NCBI GenBank assembly: GCA_964016885.1
Contig: OZ024741.1
Span: 318,928,001-318,992,000 of the forward strand
Origin: Eledone cirrhosa
Taxonomy: Eukaryota
Length of the DNA: 64,000 nucleotides
Direction of reading: 5' to 3'
Below, one piece after another: positions 1 through 12,208 of this stretch. Made by a program: the position numbers and the translations under genes. The number at the start of each line of letters is the position of its first letter. The first letter of the stretch is position 1. The notes beneath the pieces were generated by a model that saw only the letters and a program-made list of their open reading frames with translations, made no database searches and had not been told where the DNA came from.

Positions 1-112
1 TAAGGCAAAGTTAATCTTGGCAGGATTTGAACTCAGTCCGTAAAGGGACGTAACTGTGCTGCAAAGCATGGTGTCCAACCCTTTACCGATACTGCCAATC
101 CACCGCTGATCC
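1..112 (-). mobile_element. Partial tRNA-derived SINE (same family as 4040-4226)
   Basis: Close match to 4117-4226: aaggcaaagttaa..gatttgaactcag..ccgatactgccaat. Confidence 0.8.
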
Positions 113-129
113 ACCACCACCTGGTAACA

Positions 130-700
130 TAATAATGATGGATAATTTCAACCTCCCCTGTGTTGATTGGTCTACGAAGAGCTTGAAAACTGATATTTCT
201 ATCTCAATCACTGACAAAACAGCAGTAGAGTCACTCTTCGACTTCATGGATGAGTTTTTCTTGTCCCAACTTGTGCTCACACCAACAAGATGTCACAGAA
301 ACATTTTGGACCTAGTGTTTAGTAACTACACAAACACCATTCGCAATTCTGCAGTGGAAAAAAACCCTCCTCTCAGACCATGACATAGTTGTCTGTAATC
401 TGAGATTCCACCATCCAAAAGTTTAACACAATGACCTCTCCCAGCCTGCCCATTTGAATCACGTGGTTGATGTAACTCCTCATACATCAAAAGTACGGCC
501 TGGGTGTTGCATATACTGATCAAGGAGCACGTGATGATAAGAGCTTCTGTTAAAAAGCAGCTTGATGGATGCTGCAGCCAAAACATTGAAGTCCCATATA
601 GAAAATGGAAAGGAATGTGGGCAATCTAAGATTCAAAGGCGTCAATTATCATCAACCAGAAAAATCTATAGATAAATAATAGATTGGAAATGCATGAAGC
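130..700 (+). mobile_element. Degenerate CR1/Jockey-group LINE endonuclease fragment
   Basis: MDNFNLPCVDW...FLSQLVLTPTR..NILDLVFSN matches the APE motifs GDFNLPxIxW, QxVxxPTR and NxLDL. Confidence 0.7.
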
Positions 701-981
701 AGACTGGCTACTATAATGACTTCCTACATTTCCGACACATAGACCAGTTAAGAAAGAACACATCGATTGTTTGTTTTTGTTTTGAACTATTTTTATTTCA
801 AATTTGAAAAGAGGATGGTGTCAGCTTTGAAATATCATGTTGAAATATATTGGATAAAACATTGCTTTGCTTTATTTGTCATCCTTTGCCCTTTATATAT
901 TTCTACTGCATTGTACTGGCTTTTTGAAATTTATTGGTCTTTTATTACATATCTCTCAATGCTTTATATTAACTATAGCAA

Positions 982-2396
982 TCATCATCATCATCATCAT
1001 CGTTTAACGTCCATATTCCACGCTTGCATGGGTTTGGACGGGAGTTTTCCCACTTGAGGCAAGAGTGGTTGTCTTGCTCGCATAGGACTGTCTGGCAGGT
1101 TTTCTACAGCTGGATGCCCTTCCTAACACCAACCACATTTACAGTGTGGGACTGGGAGGTTTTTACCGTGTTACCTACACGGCCACATTACAGCGTGGAC
1201 TGTGTGTTTTTTTTTTGTCGTGACACCTACACGACCTCATTTGTTTCGGCCTGGATGTTGTGGCACCAACATAACTTTACATTGAAAGGGCCGGTGTGGA
1301 TGGGGTGGGGTTGGTGGGACGGGGGTGTATTTTGTTAGAGGTGCCTACTGACTGTAGTAGGTTTTACTTTGTATTTAGGTAAGGCGGGTCTTCTCTATTA
1401 CTGAGTACCGCCAAAGATCTCGGTCCAGTGACATTGTCTTGGAGAGGTGTAAGTGTGTGAGGTCGGAATTTATCAAGTCGTCCCAGGTTTTTCTGGGTCT
1501 GCCTACTCCGTGGCTACCGTCTATCTTTATTGCCCTGCACTTTTTTATACAGCTGTCGTCTTTCATGCGCATCACGTGACCATACCAACGTAGCCTTCTC
1601 TCGAGTAAACAACATCTGATTCCTCTTATTTCTAATTTTTCCCTTAGTTCGTTAATGCTTTGCCATTCACGTATATTACTATTACACATCCAGCGGAGCA
1701 TGCAAGCTTCGTTCCTCTCTAGTCTGCGTATATCCTCTGCACACAATGCCCAGGTCTCACTGCCATGCAACATTGCTGTTCGTATGCAGGCATCATACAA
1801 CCTGCCTTTCATTTTTAGGGAGAACCCTTTAGCGGCTAATAGTGGTATAAGCTCTCTGAACTTTTTCCATCCAGTTCTGACTCTAGCTACTGTACTTTCA
1901 GAGCACCCTCCCCCACTGCTGATTTTGTCACCCAGGTAACGGAAGCTGTCCACTATTTCTATAGAACCTTCTGCGCAATTGAAAGAGCTAGTATTCTGTG
2001 GGCACTTGCTGCTACTTATTGCACCAGAGCATCGGCCACATGTAAAATCTATGTTCTTAGTTAGCTTACCTGTGATCCCACTGGGACATAAAATGGAGTT
2101 TCTACCTATGCCTTTCCTACACACTGAGCATGGCCATTTCCCGGAAGGCACCGGCGCCTTATTTTCTTTCCTACAAACTAGAACTTTAGTCTTAGCCAGG
2201 TTAATTTTAAGGCCTTTTGATTCTAGGCCGTGCTTCCATGTTTAGAATTTCTTCTCTAGCTCGGCCATTGATTCAGCTATGAGCGTTAGATCATCTGCGT
2301 CTAGGAGTTCCCATGGGCAGCCGGTCTTGAACTCCACTGTTATAGCCTGAAGGGCAATAATAAATAGTAGGGGGCTAAGAACAGAGCCCTGATGAA
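982..2396 (-). mobile_element. 5'-truncated RTE-clade LINE (RT C-terminal part, 3'UTR, (CAT)n tail)
   Basis: ORF 1375..2151 with [22 protein letters not shown] and GRPRKTW; ADD motif upstream; (cat)n tail at 982-1000; nearly identical to 54845-55830. Confidence 0.92.
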
Positions 2397-3034
2397 TATA
2401 TATATTTATACAGGCCTGCTCCCAAACCAGTTATCTTTTCATTATTTGTTTAGCAATTTTAATTAATGATGTTGAAGACTAACCTATTGCTTCAAAGTCA
2501 ATGGGGAGAGGGTTAAGCTCTGGACAGGGACCCATTTCAGCCACAACCAGTTGAACTTATGACTCAAATCACTTCACTATATTTTCAAAGGAACATTAGT
2601 ATTCGTTCTAGCTCTCTTTATTCTGAATTCAAACCCCTCCGAGGTCAATTTTGCCTTTCATCCTTTTAAGATCAATAAAAAAAATCATTCCAGTACTGGG
2701 GTCAGTTCTTCCTCTATAATACTTTCTCACTTTCAATCATTCTCTCTCCTCCTGTAGAAATAGGCTGTGTTCAGATCTGGAGAAGATATGGGTTCTGCCA
2801 GTTTAAAATATGCCCAAGTCATGCTGTATGTCACTACTATGCCTACATGACTCCAGCAAGAGTTCTGAGTCTGTACATACAAGCTGTGTCTATGATTTAG
2901 TTTTACTTTTAAGTTGAAGTTGAATGTCCTTTCAATTGTTTTACTTTTAGAAAATGTGTTAATGTCACACTTCATTCCTCCTTTTCTATAAATATGAGTC
3001 TTTATTTCTGTAAAAAAATGTCATTTTCATTCTA

Positions 3035-3334
3035 GGCAGTCATATTGTGTCTGATATGTGGGCTGAATATCTTCAAATTGACCAGATCCAACAAGGTATA
3101 TACACACATGAATATATAGATTATGAAAATCCAAATGATCCAGAAGTTCACACAGAAACTATCAAGAAGATGTGGCCAAGAGTGAAGTTACAAATGCAAC
3201 GAAAACATTCAAGTAATAACAGAGCTTTATTTCACTCTTATTTAATGGAATTTATGTGGAGATCTCATTTCAGGAATCATGATAAATTTGCTTCTTTAAT
3301 TTATTGTATCAAACATTTGTATAAAGTTAAATAA
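3035..3334 (+). mobile_element. Merlin (IS1595/ISXO2-like) DDE transposase C-terminal remnant
   Basis: IVSDMWAEY...YTH...PEVHTETIKKMW...YLMEFMWR matches the Merlin pattern IxSDxWxxY / HTxxIExxW / YLxEFxWR. Confidence 0.8.
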
Positions 3335-4039
3335 AGTTGATTTGGTGGTTTTGTAGCAAATTGTGCAGCTTTTCTGTCATAATTTTAATGTATCTATTAT
3401 ATTAAAGCTGCAGTACTTCATTTAAAACATATATCATGTTGGCAATGTGATGGTAATAGTATGTGTGTATGAGAAACAGAAAGAGTCTGGTGGCAGCAGC
3501 AACACTGAAGCATTTTTTAACTTCATGCTCTGAAAAAGTGCAAGTATATGAGAGAGAGAGAGTATTATTTTTTTTTATATCACAGTGGAATGAGATTGAT
3601 CAGTGTATGTGTTTGAGAAAGAAAGCAGTTGTGCTGAATTTTTTTTTTAAACCTACACTGTAACAAGTCTTTATGGAAAAGAGATAGTAAGAGTGTGTAT
3701 GTATGAGGGAAAGAGAGAACTAAAATAATTACTTTTATCTAAAATATTATTTATTTTCAAATCATAAATGAGTAAAATATTCTGTTTTGGTAGTTTCAGT
3801 CATTTGTTAAATTTATTTTGTTGTGTTGTATATATGTAATTAAATACTGTAAATATATATATATAAGTTATTAATAAAACATTTAAAATGTCATATTGCT
3901 CTTTACTACTTGGTTGTTGTTGTCTAATTAAAATTATTATCAGACAGGCTCATGTCATGGTTCATGAAAAACTTTTTAAATGTATACCATAATAGGAATA
4001 TAATCATTAATTGAGTAAGAAATTATTAGAATTAATAAT

Positions 4040-4226
4040 TGTTTCTACTTTTGGCACAAGGCCAGCAATTACCCAGTGCATTACTGGTACTTTATTTTAT
4101 CGACCCCGTAAGGATGAAAGGCAAAGTTAACCTCGGCGGGATTTGAACTCAGAATGGCAAGGGCCGTAACTCTATGCATCAAAGCATGGCATCCAACCCT
4201 CTACCGATACTGCCAATTCACCGCCC
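4040..4226 (-). mobile_element. Full tRNA-derived SINE with a Meta-domain-like core and 17-bp TSD
   Basis: A-box-like TGGCAGTATCGG, B box GAGTTCAAATC, core gaggttaactttgcctttcatccttacggggtcgataaaataaagtaccag; TSD ttattagaattaataat at 4023-4039 and 4227-4243. Relatives at ~2600, 19950, 28500, 32340, 36450, 41530, 43639-43830 and 62570-62890. Confidence 0.85.
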
Positions 4227-4727
4227 TTATTAGAATTAATAATGGAACCAAAAATGAAATACAAAATAAAACTGGAGCCAGCAGGCCTTGACCACAGAGA
4301 CGGCAAATGCCCCAACAGAATTACTCTCTTTCCATCAACTTTGAGTGGGTCACATGTATTGAGAATAAATGTTTGGTAATTGTTGTGGAATTACCCCCCC
4401 CCCCCCACCCACCCACACACACACACACACACACCATAAAAATTAAAAATAAACATACACTTCCACACTGTGTAAAATTATCTATCTGAATGAAAAAAAA
4501 GATCTTAGCTGCAGTTTTCATCACCAAATGATCTTATTAGATGCTAAAAGGCTTGGGTCTAGTTTGTTGTGAGAGAAGAAAGGACCATTGATCGTCATTG
4601 ATTTTAATAGTGAAGGGTGGAGGCCAATAGATAGATGGTAGGTCACCAAACATGGCATGATTCATGAAAAATTATATATATCGTCATTGTTTTTACATAA
4701 GTTTTTTCCATGCTTGCATGGGTTATG

Positions 4728-4768
<41 letters not shown>

Positions 4769-5238
4769 ATATACATATATATATCCATATATAGTAGTAG
4801 CAGCAGCAACATTTCTGCTTCTAGATAAGACTAAACCTTTTCAGTGGAACATAACCCCTAATGGACATGATTCTCTTGCATCAGATATACTGCTGAGCAG
4901 TATAAAATGAACAGTCCTTTTAATATATACATATATATAAAGTGGTTGTGTAGGTGCTACAACAAAAATCACCCACCACTATAAATGTGGTTGGCTTTAG
5001 GAAGGGCAACCAGCCATAGAAATCTAGTCAGAAAGTCCTATATGAGCAAGACATGGTCATCTGACCCAACTTACCTCTAATGGGACAACCCGTCTAACCC
5101 ATGCTAGCATGGAAAATGGATGTTAAATGATGATGATATATATATATATATATACACCTGTGTATGTATCATCATTAATGTTCATTTTCCACGTTAGCAT
5201 GGGTATGTGTAAATATGTATATATATACATATGTGTAT

Positions 5239-8200
5239 CTCTTGGTTGTCCATCGTAAACGATGATGACATCTTCTTTATTTTAGTTCCCGTCTGCCATG
5301 GGCACGAAGATGGCTGTGGAGGACGATCCTTGACTTACAGGTCTGGGGACAGTCGGGGGAAGAGACCAGAGTCGCTTGGGCAGCTGTTGATGCCTTTCTC
5401 CTCCTTTCACAGTCCTCAGTGACCTCTGCCCCTCTTCAAAAGAGTCTTTGATGCATCTGGTAAGGGCTCGCCACTCAGTCCTGTCCTGAGCATGAGACTC
5501 GAGTTGTTTTGGGGTGATTCCAGTGTTGTTGATACTGGACTTCACGCAGTCTTTGAACCTCTTGAGAGGCCTGCCCCGCTTTCGTTTCCCTGAACAGAGT
5601 TCCCCATACATCAGTTGCTTCAGAAGCCTGTAATCGTCCATCCGGATGACATGTCCCACCCATCGAAGTTGGCTCTTCAGTATCATAGCTTCGACACTGG
5701 TTGTCTCAGCCATGTCAAGAACTTCGAGGTTGGAGATCTTGTCCTGCCATTTGATGTTCATGATTGATCGCAGGCTGCGCATGTGGAACCGTTCCAGCTG
5801 CTTCAGGTGCCTTCTGTACAGGGTCCATGTCTCACATCCGTAGAGGAGGCTGGTGAGAACAACGGCCCTGTACACCTTGAGCTTGGTGGACTGCCTGATG
5901 TTGTGCTGGTTCAGGACGCGTGTCCTCAGGCAGCCGAGGGCTTGACTGGCCTTGCAGATTCTGGCATTTATCTCCTTGTCGAGGCTGCCATCTCTGCTGA
6001 TGACACTGCCAAGGTACTTGAAGTCGTTCACCATCTTTACCTGGGTGCCTCCGATGGAGATGGAAGGAGGGTGGACGACGGAGGCAGGTGCAGGCTGGAA
6101 CAAGACCTCAGTCTTGCCAAGGGTAATTGTGAGACCGAAGAGGCAGGAGGCCTCCGCGAACTTATTGACGATGAGTTGGAGGTCAGACACCCTGTGTGCC
6201 ATGAGGGCACAGTCGTCAGCAAAAAGTGCCTCCAGGACGATCCTCTGCACGGTCCTTGTCTTGGCCGTCAGGCGCCGCAGGTCAAACAGGGAGCCGTCCA
6301 GTCTGTATCGCAGATACACTCTGTGCTCGAGGTCCCTGACGGCATGATTGAGCACGCAGGTGAAGAACAGGTTGAAGAGGACAAGAGCCAGCATGCATCC
6401 TTGCTTTACGCCGTTGGTGATTCCGAAAGGTTCCAATGCCTTTCTACCCGAGTGCACCTCCTCGGTCATGTCGTCATGGAATTGCCGTATCAGGTTCACA
6501 AACTTTGTCCGGAATCCAAACTTCGACAGGATTGACCAGAAGGCTTCCCTGTTGACAGTATCGAATGCCTTCGTCAAGTCTATGAAGACGGCAAAGAGGT
6601 CCATGTTCTGCTCGTCACACTTCTCCTGCACCTGGCGTACAGAGAAGATCATGTCGATCATGCTGTGGTTTGGGTGAAACCCACACTGGGCCCCAGGCAG
6701 GTTGTCCTCCGAGATGTTGGCAATGAGGTGGTTGAGCATGACCCGAGCTAGGACCTTCTCAGCGATGGACAGGAGAGAAATGCCCTGATAGTTTCCACAG
6801 TCAGTTTGGCTGCCTTTGTTCTTAAAAAGCGAGACAACTGTGGCATCCCTGAAGTCTTTGGGCACCTCTTCTTCCTCCCATATGCTGACGAGGAGGGTGT
6901 GGAAGGCCCCCAGGGCAGCTGAACCGGCCAACTTGAAGATCTTGGCAGGAATCCCGTCCTTCCCAGGGGCTTTTCCTGAGCTGGTCCGGTTGATTGCCTT
7001 CGTGACTTCATCCAACGTGGGGGAGGGGGAGGTTGACGCTGCCAACTACGGGCTTCTGTGGGATCTGGTCGAGGGCGGCAGGGTCGACAGTGGAGGGCTT
7101 GTTGAGCAGGTTGCTGAAGTCTCTCTCCACCTCGAGTTGATGCTGCTCTTCTCCTTCAGCAGGATCGAGCTGTCAGCAGACAGCAGCGGTGTGGTGACAG
7201 ACTTGGGGGGTTCGTAGACATCCCCGATGGCGCTGAAGAACATCTTGGAGTTCTGTGTGTCAGCGTATCTCTCAACTTCTTCGGCCTTCTTTTCCCACCA
7301 CTTGTCCTGCATTCTGCGAAGCGCTGCTTGGATCTGCCTCTGGAGGTGCTTGAAGCAGTCAACTTAATGAAAGCCCTCCCCTTCTCGTCCAGGAGTTGTC
7401 TGATGCGCTCATCGTTTTCATCAAACCAGTCCTGGTGGACTCTCTTCCTCGGCCCGATGGTTGCCTTGGCTGACTCTGTCACCAGCAACCTGAACTGGTC
7501 CCACTGTTGAGTTGGGGGTCCGGTCAGTGGTCCATGGGCAGTCAGCCGGCCGTCCAGGTCTTCCGCGAACGCATCACGATGCTCTTGCTGCTTGAGTCGT
7601 GCGGCGTCGAAAGCTGGCCTACAGACTTTCGGAGTCTTGCGATGCGTCGGGGTGATGTGCAGTGACAGGAGGGTCCTAACAAGGCGATGGTCGGTCCAAC
7701 ATTCTGCACCACACATGGTCCTGGTGATTCTGACGTCACGGATGTCCCTCCTGCGGCATATGACAAAGTCAATCAGATGCCACTGTTTAGATCTGGGGTG
7801 CATCCATGTTGTCTTGAACTTGTCTGCCTGGCGGAACAGTGTGCTGGTGATAGTGAGGTCGTTCTCGGTGCAGAAACTCAACAGTATGAGGCCGTTAGAG
7901 ATCAGCTTCCCTGTGCCGTGAGGTCCCACCACGCCTCTCTAGTTGCTGCTGTCAGACCCGACTCTTGCGTTGAAGTCCTCCAGTAGGATGAGTTTATCGC
8001 TTGGGGGGGACGCCCTTCACGAGTGCGTTGAGTTCCCCGTAGGAAGTGTCCTTTGCTTCATCGCTGCTGGTGAGAGTGGGGGTGTACGCGCTGATGACTG
8101 TGACATGACGAGATGGGTCGAGGGGGAAGCGGAGCTTCATCAGCCGCTCACTCACAGGTGTTGGGAGGTCTGGTAGCAGCTTGCAGAGTGAAGTCCTGAT

Positions 8201-9214
8201 GGCCAGGCCTATCCCATAGATTCTGTCCTCGTCCTTCCAGAAGGTGTAACCTCCTTTCGGTTCTGCTACTGATCCTTCTTTGGCAAGTCTAGTCTCACTG
8301 AGGGCAGCTATGTCGATCTGGTAGTGAGCTAATTCCCTTGCTATGAGGGCAGTTCTTCTCTCTGGCCTCAAGGAGGTTTCCCTATCCACGAGAGTGCGCA
8401 CATTCCATGCGCCAAGAATCAAGTTCTTCTTTTGATTATGTTGGTTTTGACCGCTTGCAAGGGTAAAACCGCCAGCCGCGGTAGACTGGCCGGCTTTGTG
8501 TGGGACGAGCATTTGGTTAGGGCTCCTTTTATCGCCCCTCCCCTCGTGCGAGGGTGAGCAGTGCTCCCCTGAAAAGGGCTGTTCAGTCGCCCGGTGGAAT
8601 GCCTGATCTCCTCTGTCATCCCAGGATCAGGCGGAGAACGACTTGCGCATCCAGGCTGCCCACATGTGGGTTTGAGACTGGCAACTCCCAGAGGTTACCT
8701 CCAACTCTCCCCCATCGCCGCAGGGCTTTGGGAGTGCACGCTAAAGAAGAAACCTGTGCGGGAAAGGTTTATAGTGGGAGGGCCAGTGCACAGTTACGGT
8801 CCCACTCACTCGGCCGCAGAAGCCAGAATCCGGTGGTACGGAGGACCGTCACGACCAGAGACTTCCTTGGCTGCAGTGGATGGCCACGACGTCTGTCGTG
8901 ACTTGCCGTGCCCTAACGCTCCACACCACTTGCTATCGCTGCCTTCGTGACTGTTGGGACGATGTTGTCCTCCTCCACTGGATCCAGTCTTCGCATGCAG
9001 GGGCAGGCATCCTCTATCTAACTCACCGGGGGATTTCAGACCCGTCAGGCTACCCTCAACCTGGTTCGGCCTGCCAGCGAAGGCGGTTTACCAGGGTGTG
9101 GCCGCTGTCGCATGCTACAGCTTCTTGGGGCCACAGGTAAGACCCAATGCAGGATGAGCTGTCCTGAAAAGGGCCCCCTATAGAGGTACATGCCCCTCCC
9201 TGACACCCCAGGCA
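5239..9214 (-). mobile_element. Near full-length RTE (RTE-1/BovB-like) LINE with frameshifted APE-RT ORF
   Basis: APE motifs GAWNVRTL, ALSETRL, TWMHPRSKQWHLID and WTDH; RT motifs DLTKAFDTV, GVKQG, LFADD and FKYLGS across ORFs 7994..8512, 7156..7932, 7046..7312 and 5282..7045; ~700-nt 5' leader; clearly GC-rich compared with its flanks. Confidence 0.95.
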
Positions 9215-10079
9215 TATACACACGTATATACATACACATACATATGTACATGTGTATATACATATTTACACAATTTTGTCAGGTTTTGTTTTTTGTCCTG
9301 CAGGGTGTCCAAAATCACCCTCCTCACCAAGTAAACTTGATGGGGTTGCCAGTTTAGTTGCCGACGACCCGACAGGTTGTACTGGTTTACATGTTACCAG
9401 TAGCACTCAAGAGTGACCTGATGTCTTCCCAGTTGTCTTTATCAAAACTCTTTTGATGTCATCTTTAACGCTTTAGCATTTACATTACACTCTATGTGTA
9501 TACGTATATATATATATATATAATCCATGTTAGCGTGGAAAATAGACGTTAAATGAAGATGATGATGATATATATATATACACACAGATGTATACATGAT
9601 GGTTGCATTTTGATTTCAAGAATTACCATCACCTGATCCCCCTCTCACACACGAGTGGCACAAAACTGACTCTTTAGTCCTGCCAAGGATTTACATTCCT
9701 TTCTGCATTTGCTGCAATGATGAACATTACTTCCACCTTGGTTCTCAGTTTTGAGTTGTTGAATTTTCAAATGACATTGGAGGCTGAGATATATTGTTTC
9801 CCATACTTCCAACAGTAAGAAATACCAAAGAGACCATAATCGGCAACATTTTGTACGTGGTATCTATGATGGCTTCTAAGACCAACTTTACTGAGGCAAA
9901 TCTAGTCACACTCATTGCAGACATTTGAAAATCCAGGTAAAGTTATATCCTGCAGACACCTCTTTAATTTTTCATGCTCCAGACAAAATTTATCAAATTA
10001 CTGTTTTCCTCCAAGACACTCATCTAAGGCAATGTCTTCTCAGTTGTCTTTATCAAAGCTCTTTTGATGTCATCTTTAA

Positions 10080-10270
10080 CCCTTTAGCATTTACATTATA
10101 CTCTATTTACTATTGTATTTTTACCTCACATAATATCAAATCTATGAGATTTTGATATTATTTATTTTGAGAATACCTTAACGTTGGTATGAACAGCTGA
10201 TTACAGCCAGTTTTAACAGAAAAAGGCGAGAGAATTCTGGCCAGATACGGCCGGTTTAAATGCTAAAGGG
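10080..10270. mobile_element. piggyBac-type MITE (CCCTTTAGCATTT TIR, TTAA TSD)
   Basis: ttaa|ccctttagcattt...aaatgctaaaggg|ttaa; other copies at 33429-33627, 39178-39365, 39730-39950 and 44846-45036. Confidence 0.82.
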
Positions 10271-11629
10271 TTAAACCTGAGTTTTGGTTTATTTCTTTGA
10301 ATAACTCCTTGTACAGTAACTGATTAGGAATACAATGATCTGGCATTCCTACATGGTCACTCCAACGCAATCAATATTGAATAATGAGAGATTCAATACT
10401 TTCAACATCACTTATATGTGAATAGATAGCAAATATTCGGCAAAGACACTGTTTATGAAAATGTTTTTATATTTCACTGGTATGTGACCCAAGTTTCACA
10501 TAGATACAACAATGAAGACAATACACGTTCTGTACACCTTTAACTTTATATCAATAGATATCCCACGTCGTCACCAGACACCTATCTAATTTATCTAAAA
10601 AAAAACAAAAAAAAAAATCACTTGTTTTCTTTAGTTGTAAAGAGATTTCATCAAGGGTGTTTGTCATATCAACTGTGTTGCCTAAATACAAAAATATATC
10701 GACAACCCGTCACATGGTCTGGTCGTCAGCAACCCCACCAAGCTTGCTTGGTGAGGAGTGTAATTTTTGGACACCCTGAGGGATGAAAAACAAAACCCAT
10801 CAAAGGGTGGAGGTACATGTAGATATACACGCACACATATACATATACACATATACACCCACATATATGGCTATTAAACGACATCAACTCAAGTCTTGTG
10901 GGTGTTGCGAATGGATATTGTCTATTAGGACTGCAAATAACTTACAGTAGTTTTCCGAGTTGGCAGGTGTGCAATGCTAAAGGTCACCTTTTAAGGCTAT
11001 GATCAGCCATTCACATCATTTAAAGACCCTATATCGAGTGATACCTGTATATGAATCTTTTTATAGTGAGGAAAGGCCTTGCACTGGACTGATGCCATTC
11101 ACTGAACAACAATAGCTATAATCTTAAAAGAACAGATCAACATCATTGGTTACAGGTTTTCATTACTTTCCCTCTTTTAGAGACAACCTAACAAGGATCA
11201 GGGGTCTCTTATACCCAGTGGGCATAGCATGCACTCAAACACCAACCTGAATATTTCTATGTCCCTGTGGATATACATACATGTATATATCTACATAAAT
11301 ATATACTTTATGAAATGGCTGAGAAGTATCCCCCACCACCACAAAAAAAAAACAACAGGTTAGCATCATTGGCTGCCATTGAGCTAACCTGTTTTTGAGA
11401 TTTTACATCAGAGTTTTCCCTTTCCTAGAATGATGTCTTAACAAGAACTCAAGAACTAGGGGTCTCTCACTCCCAATAGGCTAACCACACGGTCAGGCAC
11501 CAAACCAAGCATTTCCATGTCCCCATAAATACATACTTCACACAAACAAGGAGGGATTTTTAAAAGGTTGTCTTCATGTTTCTGCTTATTTGGTATATAA
11601 AAGATTTTCACTTCACGCATGAAAAAAAT

Positions 11630-11921
11630 ACAATAAAAATACTAAGGTTTTATTTCATAGGTTTATTTTGAATTCTTTCTCCTTCCAACTTTGTAATTTC
11701 TCAAACAAGTCTATAAAAATTGATTTTGTTTTGTTGCAGCTTTACTTTTTTTTTATTTTATTTTGTACTCTTGGTTCAAAGATAGAAGTAAAAAAACAAA
11801 GTGACAAGGGTGAAGAGGAATGATTTAAATTAGGGAGAATGGAGAATAAAAATAAATCTTACATACATGTTCAGAGATTAGTTGAATGACATTTTAGACT
11901 AAATGTATGGATTTGAAAATA

Positions 11922-11957
<36 letters not shown>

Positions 11958-12149
11958 GGAACAAGTGGAATTTTCAGGATCCAGTCAAAATTTTAATCTA
12001 CCAAAACAAAGAAAAAATAGGAACTTAAACAAAAAAAAATATACCCAAAGAAAGGCTGACACAAATATATAAAACATTTAGACTTGGTATGACTAGAATC
12101 AGTCCAAACACAGAATAAGAATTGTTATGCAAGAACTACATATAAATCT

Positions 12150-12208
<59 letters not shown>

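Noticed and set aside
5783-7217. Long plus-strand ORFs (250, 131 and 133 aa)
   Set aside because: Antisense shadows of the GC-rich RTE ORF with no recognisable motifs.
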